From positions 13,341-77,340 of the forward strand of contig JALSGV010000024.1 of NCBI GenBank assembly GCA_026982565.1: a DNA stretch of 64,000 bases. The letters are read 5' to 3'. The first letter of the stretch is position 1; every line of letters begins with the position of its first letter. Position numbers and translations under genes: made by a program. The stretch is from Gammaproteobacteria bacterium. Its GTDB lineage: Bacteria > Pseudomonadota > Gammaproteobacteria > SZUA-140. The notes under the pieces are model-generated. The model had not been told where the DNA came from. It worked only from the letters and a program-made list of their open reading frames with translations, and did no database searches. Shown piece by piece: positions 23,325-33,335 of the stretch.

Positions 23325-23717
23325 ATGTTCGATATAGGGTTCTGGGAAATTGCCGTAATTGCAGTGGTGGCGTTGCTGGTCGTGGGACCGGAGGAGTTCC
23401 CCTCGCTGGTTCGCACCATCGGTTCCTGGCTGGGAAAGATTCGTGGATTTATGAACGATGCCAAGAGCGAGTTGGAGAAAGAGGCCGGCAAAGCGGAGGA
23501 GCTGAAGCGGCTTATAGAACAGGAGGCGCGGATCGCGGAACTCCACAAGATCGCCGAACAGGCCAACGTCCGGATCCCCATTGATGGTGAGACCCGTAAG
23601 AAACTCGATGAAATCAGCGCCGCCCAGTCACCGGAAAAACAGGACGGTCAGTTGACCGAGCCCTCACCAACAGCCGCAAAACCAACCCATGGCGCGTCCA
23701 AAGAAGTATCCTCCTGA
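23325..23717 (+). CDS. tatB: Sec-independent protein translocase TatB
   Basis: It begins MFDIGFWEIAVIAVVALLVVGPE and is 130 aa. Confidence 0.9.
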   Translation: MFDIGFWEIAVIAVVALLVVGPEEFPSLVRTIGSWLGKIRGFMNDAKSELEKEAGKAEELKRLIEQEARIAELHKIAEQANVRIPIDGETRKKLDEISAAQSPEKQDGQLTEPSPTAAKPTHGASKEVSS

Positions 23718-24468
23718 GCCGGAACAGCCGCTGATCACTCATCTGATCGAGCTGCGGAATCGCCTGATACGCATGTTGATCGGTATCGGCACGGTGTTTC
23801 TGCTGTTGCTGCCTTTCGCCAACGATCTGTACGAAGCGCTGGCAAAACCCCTGCTGAACGAACTGCCGGAGGGCAGTTCCATGATTGCGACGGAAGTGGC
23901 ATCCCCCTTCCTGGCGCCTTTCAAGTTCACCCTGGTCTTCGCCTTTTTCGTGGCCATCCCCTATGTGTTGCATCAGTTGTGGGCCTTCATCGCGCCGGGT
24001 CTTTATCAGACTGAGAAGCGCATCGTCATGCCCCTGCTGTTCTCAAGCTCGCTGTTGTTCTATTTGGGTATGGCCTTCGCTTATTTCGTGGTGTTTCCCC
24101 TGGTGTTCAGTTTTCTCATTGGCACAGCGCCGGAGGGCGTCGCGGTGATGACGGATATCAGCAAGTACCTCGATTTCGTGCTGAAGCTCTTTTTTGCCTT
24201 CGGAGCGGCATTCGAAGTTCCTGTCGCCACTATTCTGCTGGTGTGGGCGGGCGTGACCACGCCCGACAGGCTGGTTGCCAAACGGCCCTATATCATCGTC
24301 GGCGCCTTCATCATCGGCATGCTGCTCACGCCGCCCGATATGATCTCCCAGACGCTGCTGGCCCTGCCTATCTGGCTGTTGTTTGAACTGGGCGTCATTG
24401 CCGCCCGCATGATGGTGTCGCCACGGGGTGATGAGGATGAGGCAGAGCAGGCGGACCACAAACCCTGA
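23689..24468 (+). CDS. tatC: Sec-independent protein translocase TatC
   Basis: It is a 259-aa polytopic TatC-family protein that overlaps the tatB end. Confidence 0.92.
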   Translation: MARPKKYPPEPEQPLITHLIELRNRLIRMLIGIGTVFLLLLPFANDLYEALAKPLLNELPEGSSMIATEVASPFLAPFKFTLVFAFFVAIPYVLHQLWAFIAPGLYQTEKRIVMPLLFSSSLLFYLGMAFAYFVVFPLVFSFLIGTAPEGVAVMTDISKYLDFVLKLFFAFGAAFEVPVATILLVWAGVTTPDRLVAKRPYIIVGAFIIGMLLTPPDMISQTLLALPIWLLFELGVIAARMMVSPRGDEDEAEQADHKP

Positions 24469-24476
24469 TTGAGTTA

Positions 24477-24519
24477 TTAACCCGGCAACAATATATATCG
24501 TATATTGTTGCCGGGTTAA
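24477..24519. repeat. Collapsed copy of the MITE TIR pair (43-bp palindrome TTAACCCGGCAACAATATATATCGTATATTGTTGCCGGGTTAA)
   Basis: It has 19-bp perfect arms that are near-identical to the TIRs of the 15753-16032 element. It lies between the convergent tatC and degS-like genes and probably also acts as a bidirectional terminator. Confidence 0.6.
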
Positions 24520-24523
24520 TAAA

Positions 24524-24543
24524 CCTGAATCCGTGGGTTCAGG
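24524..24543. repeat. REP-like palindrome (CCTGAATCCGTGGGTTCAGG)
   Basis: It is the same family and is adjacent to the collapsed TIR palindrome after tatC. Confidence 0.6.
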
Positions 24544-24557
24544 TTGTAGCGTTGTCG

Positions 24558-25745
24558 TCAGCGGCCGCGGCTGGCGGGGCGGCGGCCGATGGTGACGTCG
24601 ATGCTGAATTCACCGCCGTTGCGCATGCCATGCAAAGACAGTGTTTCTCCTGGTGTTGCCTGGGCAATCTGGTTCAAGGCGCTGTTGGCATCGAAGACCG
24701 GCTTGCCGCCGATGTCGGTGATGATGTCACCCGCTTGCAGCCCGGCGTGATCTGCAGGGCCGTTGCGCAAGATGCCCGCAATGATGATCCCCTTGATGTT
24801 CTTCAGCCCAAAGGATTCTGCCAATGCGGGAGTCAGCGTCTGGATCTCGATGCCCAGCCAGCCTCTCACTGCCTCGCCATGCTCGATGATCTGTTTCATG
24901 ATGGACTTGACCAGCGTGACGGGGATGGCGAAGCCGATACCCTGCGAGCCGCCCGAGCGGGAAAAAATGGCGGTATTGATGCCCACCAGCGCGCCATAGG
25001 CATTGATGAGGGCGCCACCGGAATTGCCGGGATTGATGGCGGCGTCTGTCTGGATGAAATTCTCGAAGGTTGAGATACCCAACTGGCTGCGTCCCTTGGC
25101 GCTCACGATACCCTGGGTGACGGTCTGGCCGACGCCAAAGGGGTTGCCAATGGCCAGCACCACATCCCCCACACGCAGCTGATCGGAGTCACCCATGACG
25201 ATGCTGGGCAGATCGTCCAGGGATACCTTGAGAACGGCAAGGTCCGTCTCTGGGTCCGTGCCGACGACGGAGGCCTCCACGGTTCGCTCGTCATGAAGGG
25301 CTACCAGAATTTCATCGGAACCATCGATGACGTGGTTGTTGGTAAGAATATAGCCTTCCTCGTTGAGTATCACGCCGGATCCCAGGCTGGTCTGGCGTTG
25401 CCGCCTTGGTTGTGGCGGCGTACCGAAGAATCTGCGGAAAAAAGGATCATCGAAAAAAGGGGTGGCGCGACGGGTGATGACCTTTGTGGTATATATGTTG
25501 ACCACGGCGGGCGCAGCGGCATCCACTGCCATGGCATAGGAAACCACGCCTTCGGGGGGCGCGCCGCTAATAGTGACGGGCTGACTGGTTTCCTTGATTT
25601 CAACCACGTGAGTGGGCTTGAACAGGTCAGTGGCAACCACGAGATAGACAGTGAAACCGATGGCAAAACCGGCGATGGCGCCTTTGAGGAAAGAGGGGTA
25701 GATTTTTATTGGGCTCATGTGGCGATACTCTATCATGAAATCCAT
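24558..25745 (-). CDS. DegS/AlgW-like periplasmic serine endoprotease (HtrA family, one PDZ domain, N-terminal membrane anchor)
   Basis: It has the trypsin-like His/Asp/Ser triad (TNNHV; D; GNSGG) and a single C-terminal PDZ domain. An N-terminal TM helix is present. The start may be an internal Met. Confidence 0.85.
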   Translation of the reverse strand: MDFMIEYRHMSPIKIYPSFLKGAIAGFAIGFTVYLVVATDLFKPTHVVEIKETSQPVTISGAPPEGVVSYAMAVDAAAPAVVNIYTTKVITRRATPFFDDPFFRRFFGTPPQPRRQRQTSLGSGVILNEEGYILTNNHVIDGSDEILVALHDERTVEASVVGTDPETDLAVLKVSLDDLPSIVMGDSDQLRVGDVVLAIGNPFGVGQTVTQGIVSAKGRSQLGISTFENFIQTDAAINPGNSGGALINAYGALVGINTAIFSRSGGSQGIGFAIPVTLVKSIMKQIIEHGEAVRGWLGIEIQTLTPALAESFGLKNIKGIIIAGILRNGPADHAGLQAGDIITDIGGKPVFDANSALNQIAQATPGETLSLHGMRNGGEFSIDVTIGRRPASRGR

Positions 25746-25771
25746 GCAAATGGAGGAGGGGGGCTGGCGTT

Positions 25772-26530
25772 ATGATTGAACTGGATGTGATGTGCCATTA
25801 CCTCGATGATTTGCTCGACGTGTCCGCCTATGCGGACTATGCCCCCAATGGTTTGCAGGTTGAAGGGGCTTCCGAGGTGAAATCCATTGCTGTTGGGGTG
25901 ACCGCCAGTCTGGCCCTGATCGAAGCCGCTGTCGCCATGAAGGCTGATGCCATCTTGGTTCATCATGGATATTTTTGGAAGAATGAAAATCCGTGCGTCA
26001 CTGGCATCAAGAAGCGCCGGCTGGAATTGTTGCTGAAAAACAATATCAGCCTCTTGTCTTATCATCTCCCTCTCGATGCACACCCCCGCTACGGTAATAA
26101 TGTGGTGCTGGGCAAGCGGCTGGATATCGACATAGAGGGGGCGCTGGCCCCACGGCTGGGCGATGGGCTGGTGCTGCATGGCCGGCTTGCAGCGCCTTTG
26201 AGCCCTGCTGAATTTGTGAGTCTGCTTGAAAAGCATCTTGCTCGCCGGCCTTTACATCTGCCGGGTGGTCCTTCCCGTATTCAACACGTGGCGTGGTGCA
26301 GTGGAGCGGCGCAGGGTTATTTCGAGCAGGTTGCCGCAATGGGTGTGGATGCTTATCTTACAGGCGAGGTCTCTGAGCAAAGCACCCATATCGCCCTTGA
26401 AACAGGCACGCATTTTTTTTCCGCGGGTCACCATGCGACGGAACGCTATGGGGTGCAGGCCCTGGCGGAGCACCTGCAGGCACGTTTTTCCATCGATTGT
26501 CATTTTCTGGATATTGCCAACCCAGTATGA
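25772..26530 (+). CDS. Nif3-family dinuclear metal centre protein (YbgI/GTP cyclohydrolase 1 type 2 homolog)
   Basis: It is a 252-aa NIF3-family protein (YAPNGLQVEG ... ILVHHG). Confidence 0.85.
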   Translation: MIELDVMCHYLDDLLDVSAYADYAPNGLQVEGASEVKSIAVGVTASLALIEAAVAMKADAILVHHGYFWKNENPCVTGIKKRRLELLLKNNISLLSYHLPLDAHPRYGNNVVLGKRLDIDIEGALAPRLGDGLVLHGRLAAPLSPAEFVSLLEKHLARRPLHLPGGPSRIQHVAWCSGAAQGYFEQVAAMGVDAYLTGEVSEQSTHIALETGTHFFSAGHHATERYGVQALAEHLQARFSIDCHFLDIANPV

Positions 26531-26802
26531 TGTCAAGGTGTATAAACCCGCCTGTTTCTCCGGGTTTTGTTACTCAAAGAACGAAATGTTGATAGGCATA
26601 CGAGGATATTGACAGGGCGGTTTGAATTAGACTAGCATTGTTCTTTCATGGCCTGAGTAAGGGTGATCATTGTTTGGGGTGGTCTGCCGGACTGTCGGAA
26701 GATACTTAATAACGAATGATTATTAAAAACAGGGCCGGTGGCAGTATCCAAAATGACGTTGGAGTTGTACACTCTCTGGGTATGAAGATATGTAATGCTG
26801 GC

Positions 26803-26816
26803 TTGATAAGCATCAA
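26803..26816. promoter_or_regulatory. FNR/CRP-family binding site (TTGATaagcATCAA), perfect match to the FNR consensus TTGAT-N4-ATCAA
   Basis: It is a perfect 5+5 palindrome located about 150-160 nt upstream of the actA start codon, in the 430-bp nif3-actA intergenic region. Confidence 0.55.
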
Positions 26817-26963
26817 GCCAGAAGGGACGCTGATTGCCAGCGGCACCCAGCAGAGTGGACAACAATAATAATAAGCAGTTGCCACCAACTGTATAAGAAT
26901 GGGTTGGCTGACCAGTATGGAAATACTGGCGGCTTCTGCTAAATATCAAATTCAAAATAGGTA

Positions 26964-27617
26964 TTGAGGGGGGAGATGTTTAATACTCTGCAATTGCCGT
27001 CAGGGCATATCACTCACTGCGGTGCACGTTTCGTTAATCGTTTCCTGACACCATCCTTGTTTCTGCTGGTATTCTCTGCGCTGCTGGTTCTCTCGGCCGG
27101 TGCGGCCCATGCGGAAAGCGTGGTGCCTAACGCCGTGCCTCCAGTGGGCACACACGATGGTGATGACGTGCCACAACCGATCGAATTTCCTCACAATACC
27201 CATGTGGATGTCAATAAGATCAACTGCATGTATTGTCACACCTACGCAAGGCGCAGCCCGGTGGCGGGTATCCCTCCCACGAGCAAATGCATGGGCTGCC
27301 ACAGCGTCATCGCCACAGACAAGCCACGCATCAAAAAACTCACCGAGTACTGGGAAAACAAGGAACCGCCTCCCTGGAGGAAGGTTCATGATGTGCCCGA
27401 CTACGTCCACTTCACCCATGAGAAGCACCTGAAGCGGTTTGTGTTCGACAACGAGGGGATGGAGGTAGAAAACGTCTCCGAGGTCTGCGCATTCTGTCAT
27501 GGTGACGTCAAGAATATGACCGTTGCCCACAAGGTCAAGCCGCTGAATATGGGGTTCTGCAGAAGGTGCCACGAAGCCAATGAAGGGCCTTTCGACTGCT
27601 GGAAGTGTCATAAGTAA
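26964..27617 (+). CDS. actA: Alternative complex III subunit ActA, pentahaem cytochrome c
   Basis: It has five CxxCH motifs (CMYCH, CMGCH, CAFCH, CRRCH, CWKCH) and an N-terminal signal anchor. It is the first gene of the act operon. The start is possibly at MFNTLQ, 12 nt downstream. Confidence 0.82.
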   Translation: MRGEMFNTLQLPSGHITHCGARFVNRFLTPSLFLLVFSALLVLSAGAAHAESVVPNAVPPVGTHDGDDVPQPIEFPHNTHVDVNKINCMYCHTYARRSPVAGIPPTSKCMGCHSVIATDKPRIKKLTEYWENKEPPPWRKVHDVPDYVHFTHEKHLKRFVFDNEGMEVENVSEVCAFCHGDVKNMTVAHKVKPLNMGFCRRCHEANEGPFDCWKCHK

Positions 27618-27666
27618 TTCACGTTGTACACACGCAATGTGTGTGACGAAAACGGGGTGATACACA

Positions 27667-29868
27667 ATGAGTAATAAAGTAAACCGCAGGGATTTTCTGA
27701 AGATCATGGGCTGGGGTGGCGTCGGCGCCACACTGGCCGGCTGCGACATGCCAACGACTGTGACACTGGAGGAAGGGAAGGAGCAGGTCACTTCCTATCT
27801 GGTGCCGGAAGAATACGTCATTCCAGGCGTGGGCGTTTATTATGCGTCCACATGCTTGCAGTGTCCGGCGGGGTGCGGGCTGCACGGCCGCGTCAGGGAA
27901 GGGCGCATTTTGAAGCTGGAGGGCAATCCCGAATCACCTGTCAACCAAGGCAAGCTGTGCCAGATGGGGCAGGCCGGGGTTCAGACCCATTACAATCCTG
28001 ATCGCTTGACCCGCCCCATGGCCCGCAAGGGCAGCGGTTTGACCCCGGTTTCCTGGGATGAAGCACTGAGCATGATTCAAAGCAAGACTTCCGGGCTGGC
28101 GGGTGAGCGCTTTGCTTGGTTTACCGATACGGTCAGCGGGCATCAGGCTGTGTTGATGGATGCCTATCGGGAGAGCATCGGATCCAGCAGGCACTATGTG
28201 CATGAAATCATCAATAACAGCGTTGCGCGGCAGGTGAACCAGGACATGCTGGGTGATCCGCAACCCCATCTGCGCTTCGACAAGGCGCGTGTCGTGTTGT
28301 CTTTCGGCGCGGACTTCCTCGGCACCTGGCAGTCGCCGGTGCATAACGCTGTCGAATACGCAACATTCCGCGAAGCACCCCGTGGGGTGCTGGTCCAGGT
28401 AGAACCGAAGATGACCCTGACGGGCGCCAATGCCGACCTGTGGGTGGCGGTGCGTCCGGGTACCGAGGGGGTCTTTGCGCTGGCAGTCGCCAATGCCCTG
28501 TCGGCCAAGGATCCTGCCAGGCTGGACGGCCTGCCTGACAAGGCAAGGCAGTTGATCAGGCGTTATGACATCAAGAAGGCCAGCCGCATCACTGGCGCCT
28601 CGGGCGATCACATCGTCAAGGTCTCCGGCTGGCTGGCCGAGCGCTCGCCCAGTCTGGTGATAGCTGGCGCTTCTGCAGAAGGGCATGAGCATGGCTACGA
28701 TACCGTGGCGGCCACCATGCTGTTGAATATTATTCTCGGCAACATTGGCAAGACCATAGAGTCATCCGGGACCTTTCCCTTTCCCCAGTTGGCTGCCAGG
28801 ACGGGCGGAACCAAGGATTTAATTGATTTTGCAAAGGCCGTAGACGACAAAGAACTGGATGTTGTTTTCTTCCGGGGCGCGAACCCTGTCTTCACGGCGC
28901 CCGAGACGCTGGGACTCAAGGAGAAACTCAATAAGGTTGGTTTCAAGGTGGCCTTTTCCATGTTCGAGGATGAGACCACGCGCATGGCCGACCTCGTGCT
29001 GCCCATGTATTCGCCCCTGGAGGATTGGGGTACGCATGTTGCGGCCTACCAACCAGGGCCTTCAGTCATTGCCATTCAACAGCCGCTCATGCAACCGCTC
29101 TATGATCAGACCCGCGGATTTGGTGATGTCATGTTGAGCCTGCTCAAGATGCAGAAGGCCGCGGGATATTCAGATTATCCAGATTACTATGCCTATTTGC
29201 GTGACGCATTCAGCGCCATGCCTGGCAGCCTGAAAAATGGCGCCAGCGACGATGAATTCTGGGCAAGTGTCATGCAGAAGGGCGTATTGGCTGTTGATAC
29301 AGGTGAGGGCAGACTATCCGCCAACGTGATCGATTTCGATTTGCCTGAAAATCCCGCTAAGGAGGGCGCCTACCATCTCGTACCCTCCGCGCGCCTCGGT
29401 ATGTGGGATGGCCGCCATGCCAATATTCCATGGTTACAGGAAGCGCCTGACCAGATCAGTAAGGTGGTGTGGGATTCATGGGCCGAGATTCATCCCAACA
29501 CGGCCCGCAAGCTGGGGGTCAAGACCGGCGACGCCATCAAGATTACGTCCGCCAGCGGCACTATCGAGGCTAATGTCTATGTCTACAAGGGGATTCACCC
29601 TGATGCCATCGCGGTGCCTATGGGGCAGGGACACGAAGCCTATGGCCGGTATGCCAAAGGGCGTGGTGTCAACCCTTTGAAGATTCTGGCCCTGAATACG
29701 GAAGGCAAGACCGGCGAGTTGGCGCACCATGGCACTGAAGTGCAGGTGAGCAGGACCAGTGTCAGAGACGCCATGGTTCAGTTCGGTGGCAGCGAGACAC
29801 AGATGGGCCGTAAGATTATCGCAACAGTGACTGCAGACGTCTATGAGCGTACTGAAGGAGAGGCATAA
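27667..29868 (+). CDS. actB1: ACIII subunit ActB1, molybdopterin-oxidoreductase-like domain (cofactor-less), Tat-exported
   Basis: It has a twin-arginine signal (RRDFLK) followed by an LAGC lipobox-like motif. A Cys cluster follows (CLQCPAGCGLHGR). The protein is 733 aa, typical of a complex-iron-sulfur-molybdoenzyme large subunit. Confidence 0.82.
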   Translation: MSNKVNRRDFLKIMGWGGVGATLAGCDMPTTVTLEEGKEQVTSYLVPEEYVIPGVGVYYASTCLQCPAGCGLHGRVREGRILKLEGNPESPVNQGKLCQMGQAGVQTHYNPDRLTRPMARKGSGLTPVSWDEALSMIQSKTSGLAGERFAWFTDTVSGHQAVLMDAYRESIGSSRHYVHEIINNSVARQVNQDMLGDPQPHLRFDKARVVLSFGADFLGTWQSPVHNAVEYATFREAPRGVLVQVEPKMTLTGANADLWVAVRPGTEGVFALAVANALSAKDPARLDGLPDKARQLIRRYDIKKASRITGASGDHIVKVSGWLAERSPSLVIAGASAEGHEHGYDTVAATMLLNIILGNIGKTIESSGTFPFPQLAARTGGTKDLIDFAKAVDDKELDVVFFRGANPVFTAPETLGLKEKLNKVGFKVAFSMFEDETTRMADLVLPMYSPLEDWGTHVAAYQPGPSVIAIQQPLMQPLYDQTRGFGDVMLSLLKMQKAAGYSDYPDYYAYLRDAFSAMPGSLKNGASDDEFWASVMQKGVLAVDTGEGRLSANVIDFDLPENPAKEGAYHLVPSARLGMWDGRHANIPWLQEAPDQISKVVWDSWAEIHPNTARKLGVKTGDAIKITSASGTIEANVYVYKGIHPDAIAVPMGQGHEAYGRYAKGRGVNPLKILALNTEGKTGELAHHGTEVQVSRTSVRDAMVQFGGSETQMGRKIIATVTADVYERTEGEA

Positions 29869-30740
29869 TGTCGCTTAGTAATATTCTTGAAGACTGGAGT
29901 AGATACCGCAAGGACCGTGAAGATGGCGGTTTCCATGACTATGAGCATATGTGGGGTATGGCTATCGACCTCAACAAGTGCATTGGTTGCAATGCCTGCT
30001 CTGTCGCCTGTTATGCTGAAAACAATCTGCCCGTCGTCGGGCGGGAAAAGTTTTCCAAGGGACAGGCCATGCACTGGATGCGTATCGAGCGTTACTGGGA
30101 CGAGCCTGATTTGGGGGACGACAGGATCAGTGAATTCAATCAGCACGGCGCCAACTTCATTCCCATGAATTGTCAGCAGTGTAACGCCGCAACCTGTGAG
30201 CCGGTGTGCCCGGTTGCCGCCACCTACCATACCCCGGATGGCCTCAATGCCCAGGTCTACAACCGCTGTATCGGCTCGCGTTATTGTTCCAACAACTGCC
30301 CCTACCGCCTGAGATTCTTCAATTTCTATTCATATTACGAAGACGCATGGCCTGCACCCCTGGAAATGCAACTCAATCCCGATCTCAGTGTGCGTGACAA
30401 GGGCGTCATGGAGAAATGTACCTTCTGTGTACAGAGAATCAGGTCAGTCAAGGACAAGGCGAAGATGGATAACCGTCCCGTCGCTGATGGTGAGGCCATG
30501 CCGGCCTGTGCGCAGACCTGTCCAACTTCGGCCATCGTTTTTGGCGACCTGCTCAAGCACTACGATCCGGATACGAACGCACCTGAAACCAAGGTCACCA
30601 AAATGTGGCGCGCCCACCAGGTCGAACTGGGCAAGCCACGTCAAAACAAGCAGAATCCGGAATTGCGTGGTTACCGTGTGTTCGAAGGCTTGAACACGGA
30701 TCCCTGTGTGATGTTCCTGGAGCGCGTACGCGAAGTCTGA
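29868..30740 (+). CDS. actB2: ACIII subunit ActB2, 4Fe-4S ferredoxin-type iron-sulfur subunit
   Basis: It has multiple CxxCxxCxxxCP ferredoxin motifs, like PsrB/NrfC. Its start overlaps the actB1 stop (TAATG). Confidence 0.82.
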   Translation: MSLSNILEDWSRYRKDREDGGFHDYEHMWGMAIDLNKCIGCNACSVACYAENNLPVVGREKFSKGQAMHWMRIERYWDEPDLGDDRISEFNQHGANFIPMNCQQCNAATCEPVCPVAATYHTPDGLNAQVYNRCIGSRYCSNNCPYRLRFFNFYSYYEDAWPAPLEMQLNPDLSVRDKGVMEKCTFCVQRIRSVKDKAKMDNRPVADGEAMPACAQTCPTSAIVFGDLLKHYDPDTNAPETKVTKMWRAHQVELGKPRQNKQNPELRGYRVFEGLNTDPCVMFLERVREV

Positions 30741-30799
30741 ATGTAGTGAAAACCGCAACGGGTATGTGATAACAATATATAAATGGAATCGCGATAGTC

Positions 30800-32209
30800 A
30801 TGAGCAAAGATATCAACGAAGACATTAAATGGGCGAAGATCAATGAGGATGTGCTCCGCTCCATGGAGAACCCGCGCAAGGGATACTGGCTGGCCATTGC
30901 GGGATGCCTGTTCCTGCTTGCTTTTGCCGTAGTGGCGGAGATTTACCAGTACAACGTGGGCATGGGGCCGGCCAACCTCAACTGGCCTCACATGTGGGAT
31001 TTGTATATCGCCACCTTCATCTTCTGGATCGGCATGAGTCACTCCGGAACGTTGCTGTCAGCCATTTTGCATATCATCCATGCTGACTGGCGCAAGCCCA
31101 TCTACCGCTTTGCCGAGGCCATGACAACTTTTACGCTCATGACTGCTGGTCTGTTCCCCATCATCCATATCGGGCGTTTGTGGAACATGTACTGGGTGCT
31201 TCCGTACTTCAGCGATCGCGGCATCTGGCCCAACTTCCGTTCCCCACTGGTATGGGACGCTTTTGCCATATCCACCTATCTGACTTCATCGGCTCTTTTC
31301 CTCTACATGGGGTCTATTCCCGATCTGGCCATCTGCCGCGACTCGGCAAAGGGATGGCGTAAGAAGCTCTATACCGTCCTGTCCTTGGGTTGGCGCGGTG
31401 ACGATCGTCAGTGGCGTCACTTCCGCAAGGCTTACCTGCTCATGGCGTGTTTTCTGATACCCTTGGCGGTGTCGGTGCATTCGATCGTATCCTCCGACTT
31501 TGCTGTCTCAATCATGCCGGGGTGGCACGTGACCACGTTCCCGCCATACTTCGTGGCTGGCGCGCTGTATTCAGGCTGTGCGGCTATCATCACGCTGTTC
31601 ATCATGCTGCGCTATTTCTTCCGCTTTGAGGATTACATGACGATCCCCATCTTGGAGAAGACCTGCAAACTGACCTTCGCCATCGCCATGGTTTGGACCT
31701 ACCTGAACATCATCGAGTTCAGCTCTGTATGGTACGGCCATGACCCCATTGCCAAGGAGCTGTTGTTGGCCAAATTCACCGGCCCCTATGCACCCTATTT
31801 CTGGGCAATGATATTCCTGGGCTCGGTGCTGCCATTTACCCTAGCGTTCGAGAAACTCAGGCGGAACATACCTGCGATGATGGTTGTATCGTTGTTACTT
31901 AATCTCGGTATGTGGCTGGAGCGCTGGATGATCGTAACGCCCACATTGTCGCTGGCCTACTCACCTGCCGCGCATGATGTCATGTGGCCCAGTTGGGTGC
32001 AGTGGTTCATCGTCCTGGGCAGCTTTGGATGGTTTGGCCTGCTATTCCTGATTTTTGTGAAGATCATACCTTCTGTGTCCATGTATGAAGTGAAGGAAAT
32101 GATCTTCCACCGCCGTCACATGGCCAAAAAGGATATAGCAGAGGTCATGCACCGCCGCGCAACAGATAAAAAACCAGCCTCAGAAACACCTGGATTGGAG
32201 GGAGCGTAG
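30800..32209 (+). CDS. actC: ACIII subunit ActC, NrfD/PsrC-like quinol-interacting membrane subunit
   Basis: It is a 469-aa polytopic membrane protein of the NrfD family, located after the Fe-S subunit. Confidence 0.8.
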   Translation: MSKDINEDIKWAKINEDVLRSMENPRKGYWLAIAGCLFLLAFAVVAEIYQYNVGMGPANLNWPHMWDLYIATFIFWIGMSHSGTLLSAILHIIHADWRKPIYRFAEAMTTFTLMTAGLFPIIHIGRLWNMYWVLPYFSDRGIWPNFRSPLVWDAFAISTYLTSSALFLYMGSIPDLAICRDSAKGWRKKLYTVLSLGWRGDDRQWRHFRKAYLLMACFLIPLAVSVHSIVSSDFAVSIMPGWHVTTFPPYFVAGALYSGCAAIITLFIMLRYFFRFEDYMTIPILEKTCKLTFAIAMVWTYLNIIEFSSVWYGHDPIAKELLLAKFTGPYAPYFWAMIFLGSVLPFTLAFEKLRRNIPAMMVVSLLLNLGMWLERWMIVTPTLSLAYSPAAHDVMWPSWVQWFIVLGSFGWFGLLFLIFVKIIPSVSMYEVKEMIFHRRHMAKKDIAEVMHRRATDKKPASETPGLEGA

Positions 32210-32211
32210 TC

Positions 32212-32739
32212 ATGCAAAAAGCCCGTATATTGGCGCTGTTCAGTAATTTCGATGAGGCTTTTGCAGCCATATCGGATATCCGCCACTACAAGATACCGGG
32301 GGTATCAGTGGATGATGTCACCGTGATATCGCCCATAGAACACCCGGAAATCGAGGAAATTCTGGGTGAACGCCCGGCTCACGTGCCAAAGTTCACGCTG
32401 GTTGGGGGTATTTTTGGAATTGTGTTCGGTTTTACTTTCCTGGCAGCGGCACAGGCGAACTTCACTGTACAACCGCAAGGTGGAAAGCCTGTAATACCGA
32501 TACCTTCCAATATTGTGCTGACCTATGAAATGATGATTCTCTTCAGTGTGCTGTTTACACTGGTGGGAATGATGCTGGGGGCGCGCCTGTTGCGCCGGCG
32601 TAAGAGCCTGTACAGCGAGAAGGTGACACTGGATCAGGTCGGTATTGAGCTTGAAGTCGACGAGAAATATCTGGAACCACTGAAAAGCCTGTTCAATGAG
32701 CACGAGGCGCTGGAAATAAGACATGAGGTTATTAGATGA
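32212..32739 (+). CDS. actD: ACIII subunit ActD (DUF3341-like membrane subunit)
   Basis: It is a 175-aa protein with two TM segments at the conserved position in the operon. Confidence 0.7.
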   Translation: MQKARILALFSNFDEAFAAISDIRHYKIPGVSVDDVTVISPIEHPEIEEILGERPAHVPKFTLVGGIFGIVFGFTFLAAAQANFTVQPQGGKPVIPIPSNIVLTYEMMILFSVLFTLVGMMLGARLLRRRKSLYSEKVTLDQVGIELEVDEKYLEPLKSLFNEHEALEIRHEVIR

Positions 32740-33287
32740 AAACTAAGCTTTTACTGGGTCTGATTCTTTTTCCAACGCTGGCCTTTGCCTGGCCATGGTC
32801 CATGGACATGGTCAACCAGCCGAGTATCAAGCCACAGGAAGGCGTGATGACGCCTTTTCCCAATCGCTCTGTGCCCGTTGCTGGTGTCCCCACGACGGTA
32901 AGCAACCGCGACGAGGCAAAGCCACTCACCAGCCCCATACCTGTGAGTGATGCCTCGCTGAGCGAAGGCCGAACCTTGTTCAAGATCTATTGTGCCGCCT
33001 GCCATGGCCTAACGGGTAAAGCGGACACCCCGATTGCGGGCAAGATCGGCGCCATCAGCTTGGTAGACAGCTATGTTCAGGAAACTCTTACTGAAGGCTG
33101 GATTTTTGGCACCATCACTTTTGGCAGTTTTGTCATGCCCGCTTATGGCAAGCCGCGCGGCCGTGACGATCTGCGTGGATCGAATGATCTTTCCGTCGAG
33201 GAGCGCTGGCATGTGGTCAACTACGTCAGGCATGGTCTGCTGAAAGATTCTCAGGCATCGAGCGCGCGAACGGCATCAGCCAACTAA
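32736..33287 (+). CDS. actE: ACIII subunit ActE, monohaem cytochrome c
   Basis: It has a signal peptide and a single CAACH haem-binding motif. It is 183 aa. Confidence 0.78.
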   Translation: MKTKLLLGLILFPTLAFAWPWSMDMVNQPSIKPQEGVMTPFPNRSVPVAGVPTTVSNRDEAKPLTSPIPVSDASLSEGRTLFKIYCAACHGLTGKADTPIAGKIGAISLVDSYVQETLTEGWIFGTITFGSFVMPAYGKPRGRDDLRGSNDLSVEERWHVVNYVRHGLLKDSQASSARTASAN

Positions 33288-33335
33288 CACAATACATAAT
33301 CAAGGCAAGTTATAAATAAAGAGGCGAGGGATAAA

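Noticed and set aside
26632-26955. 107-aa minus-strand ORF in the nif3-actA intergenic region
   Set aside because: It has no recognisable domain and overlaps the likely actA promoter and FNR box. The region is better explained as regulatory DNA.
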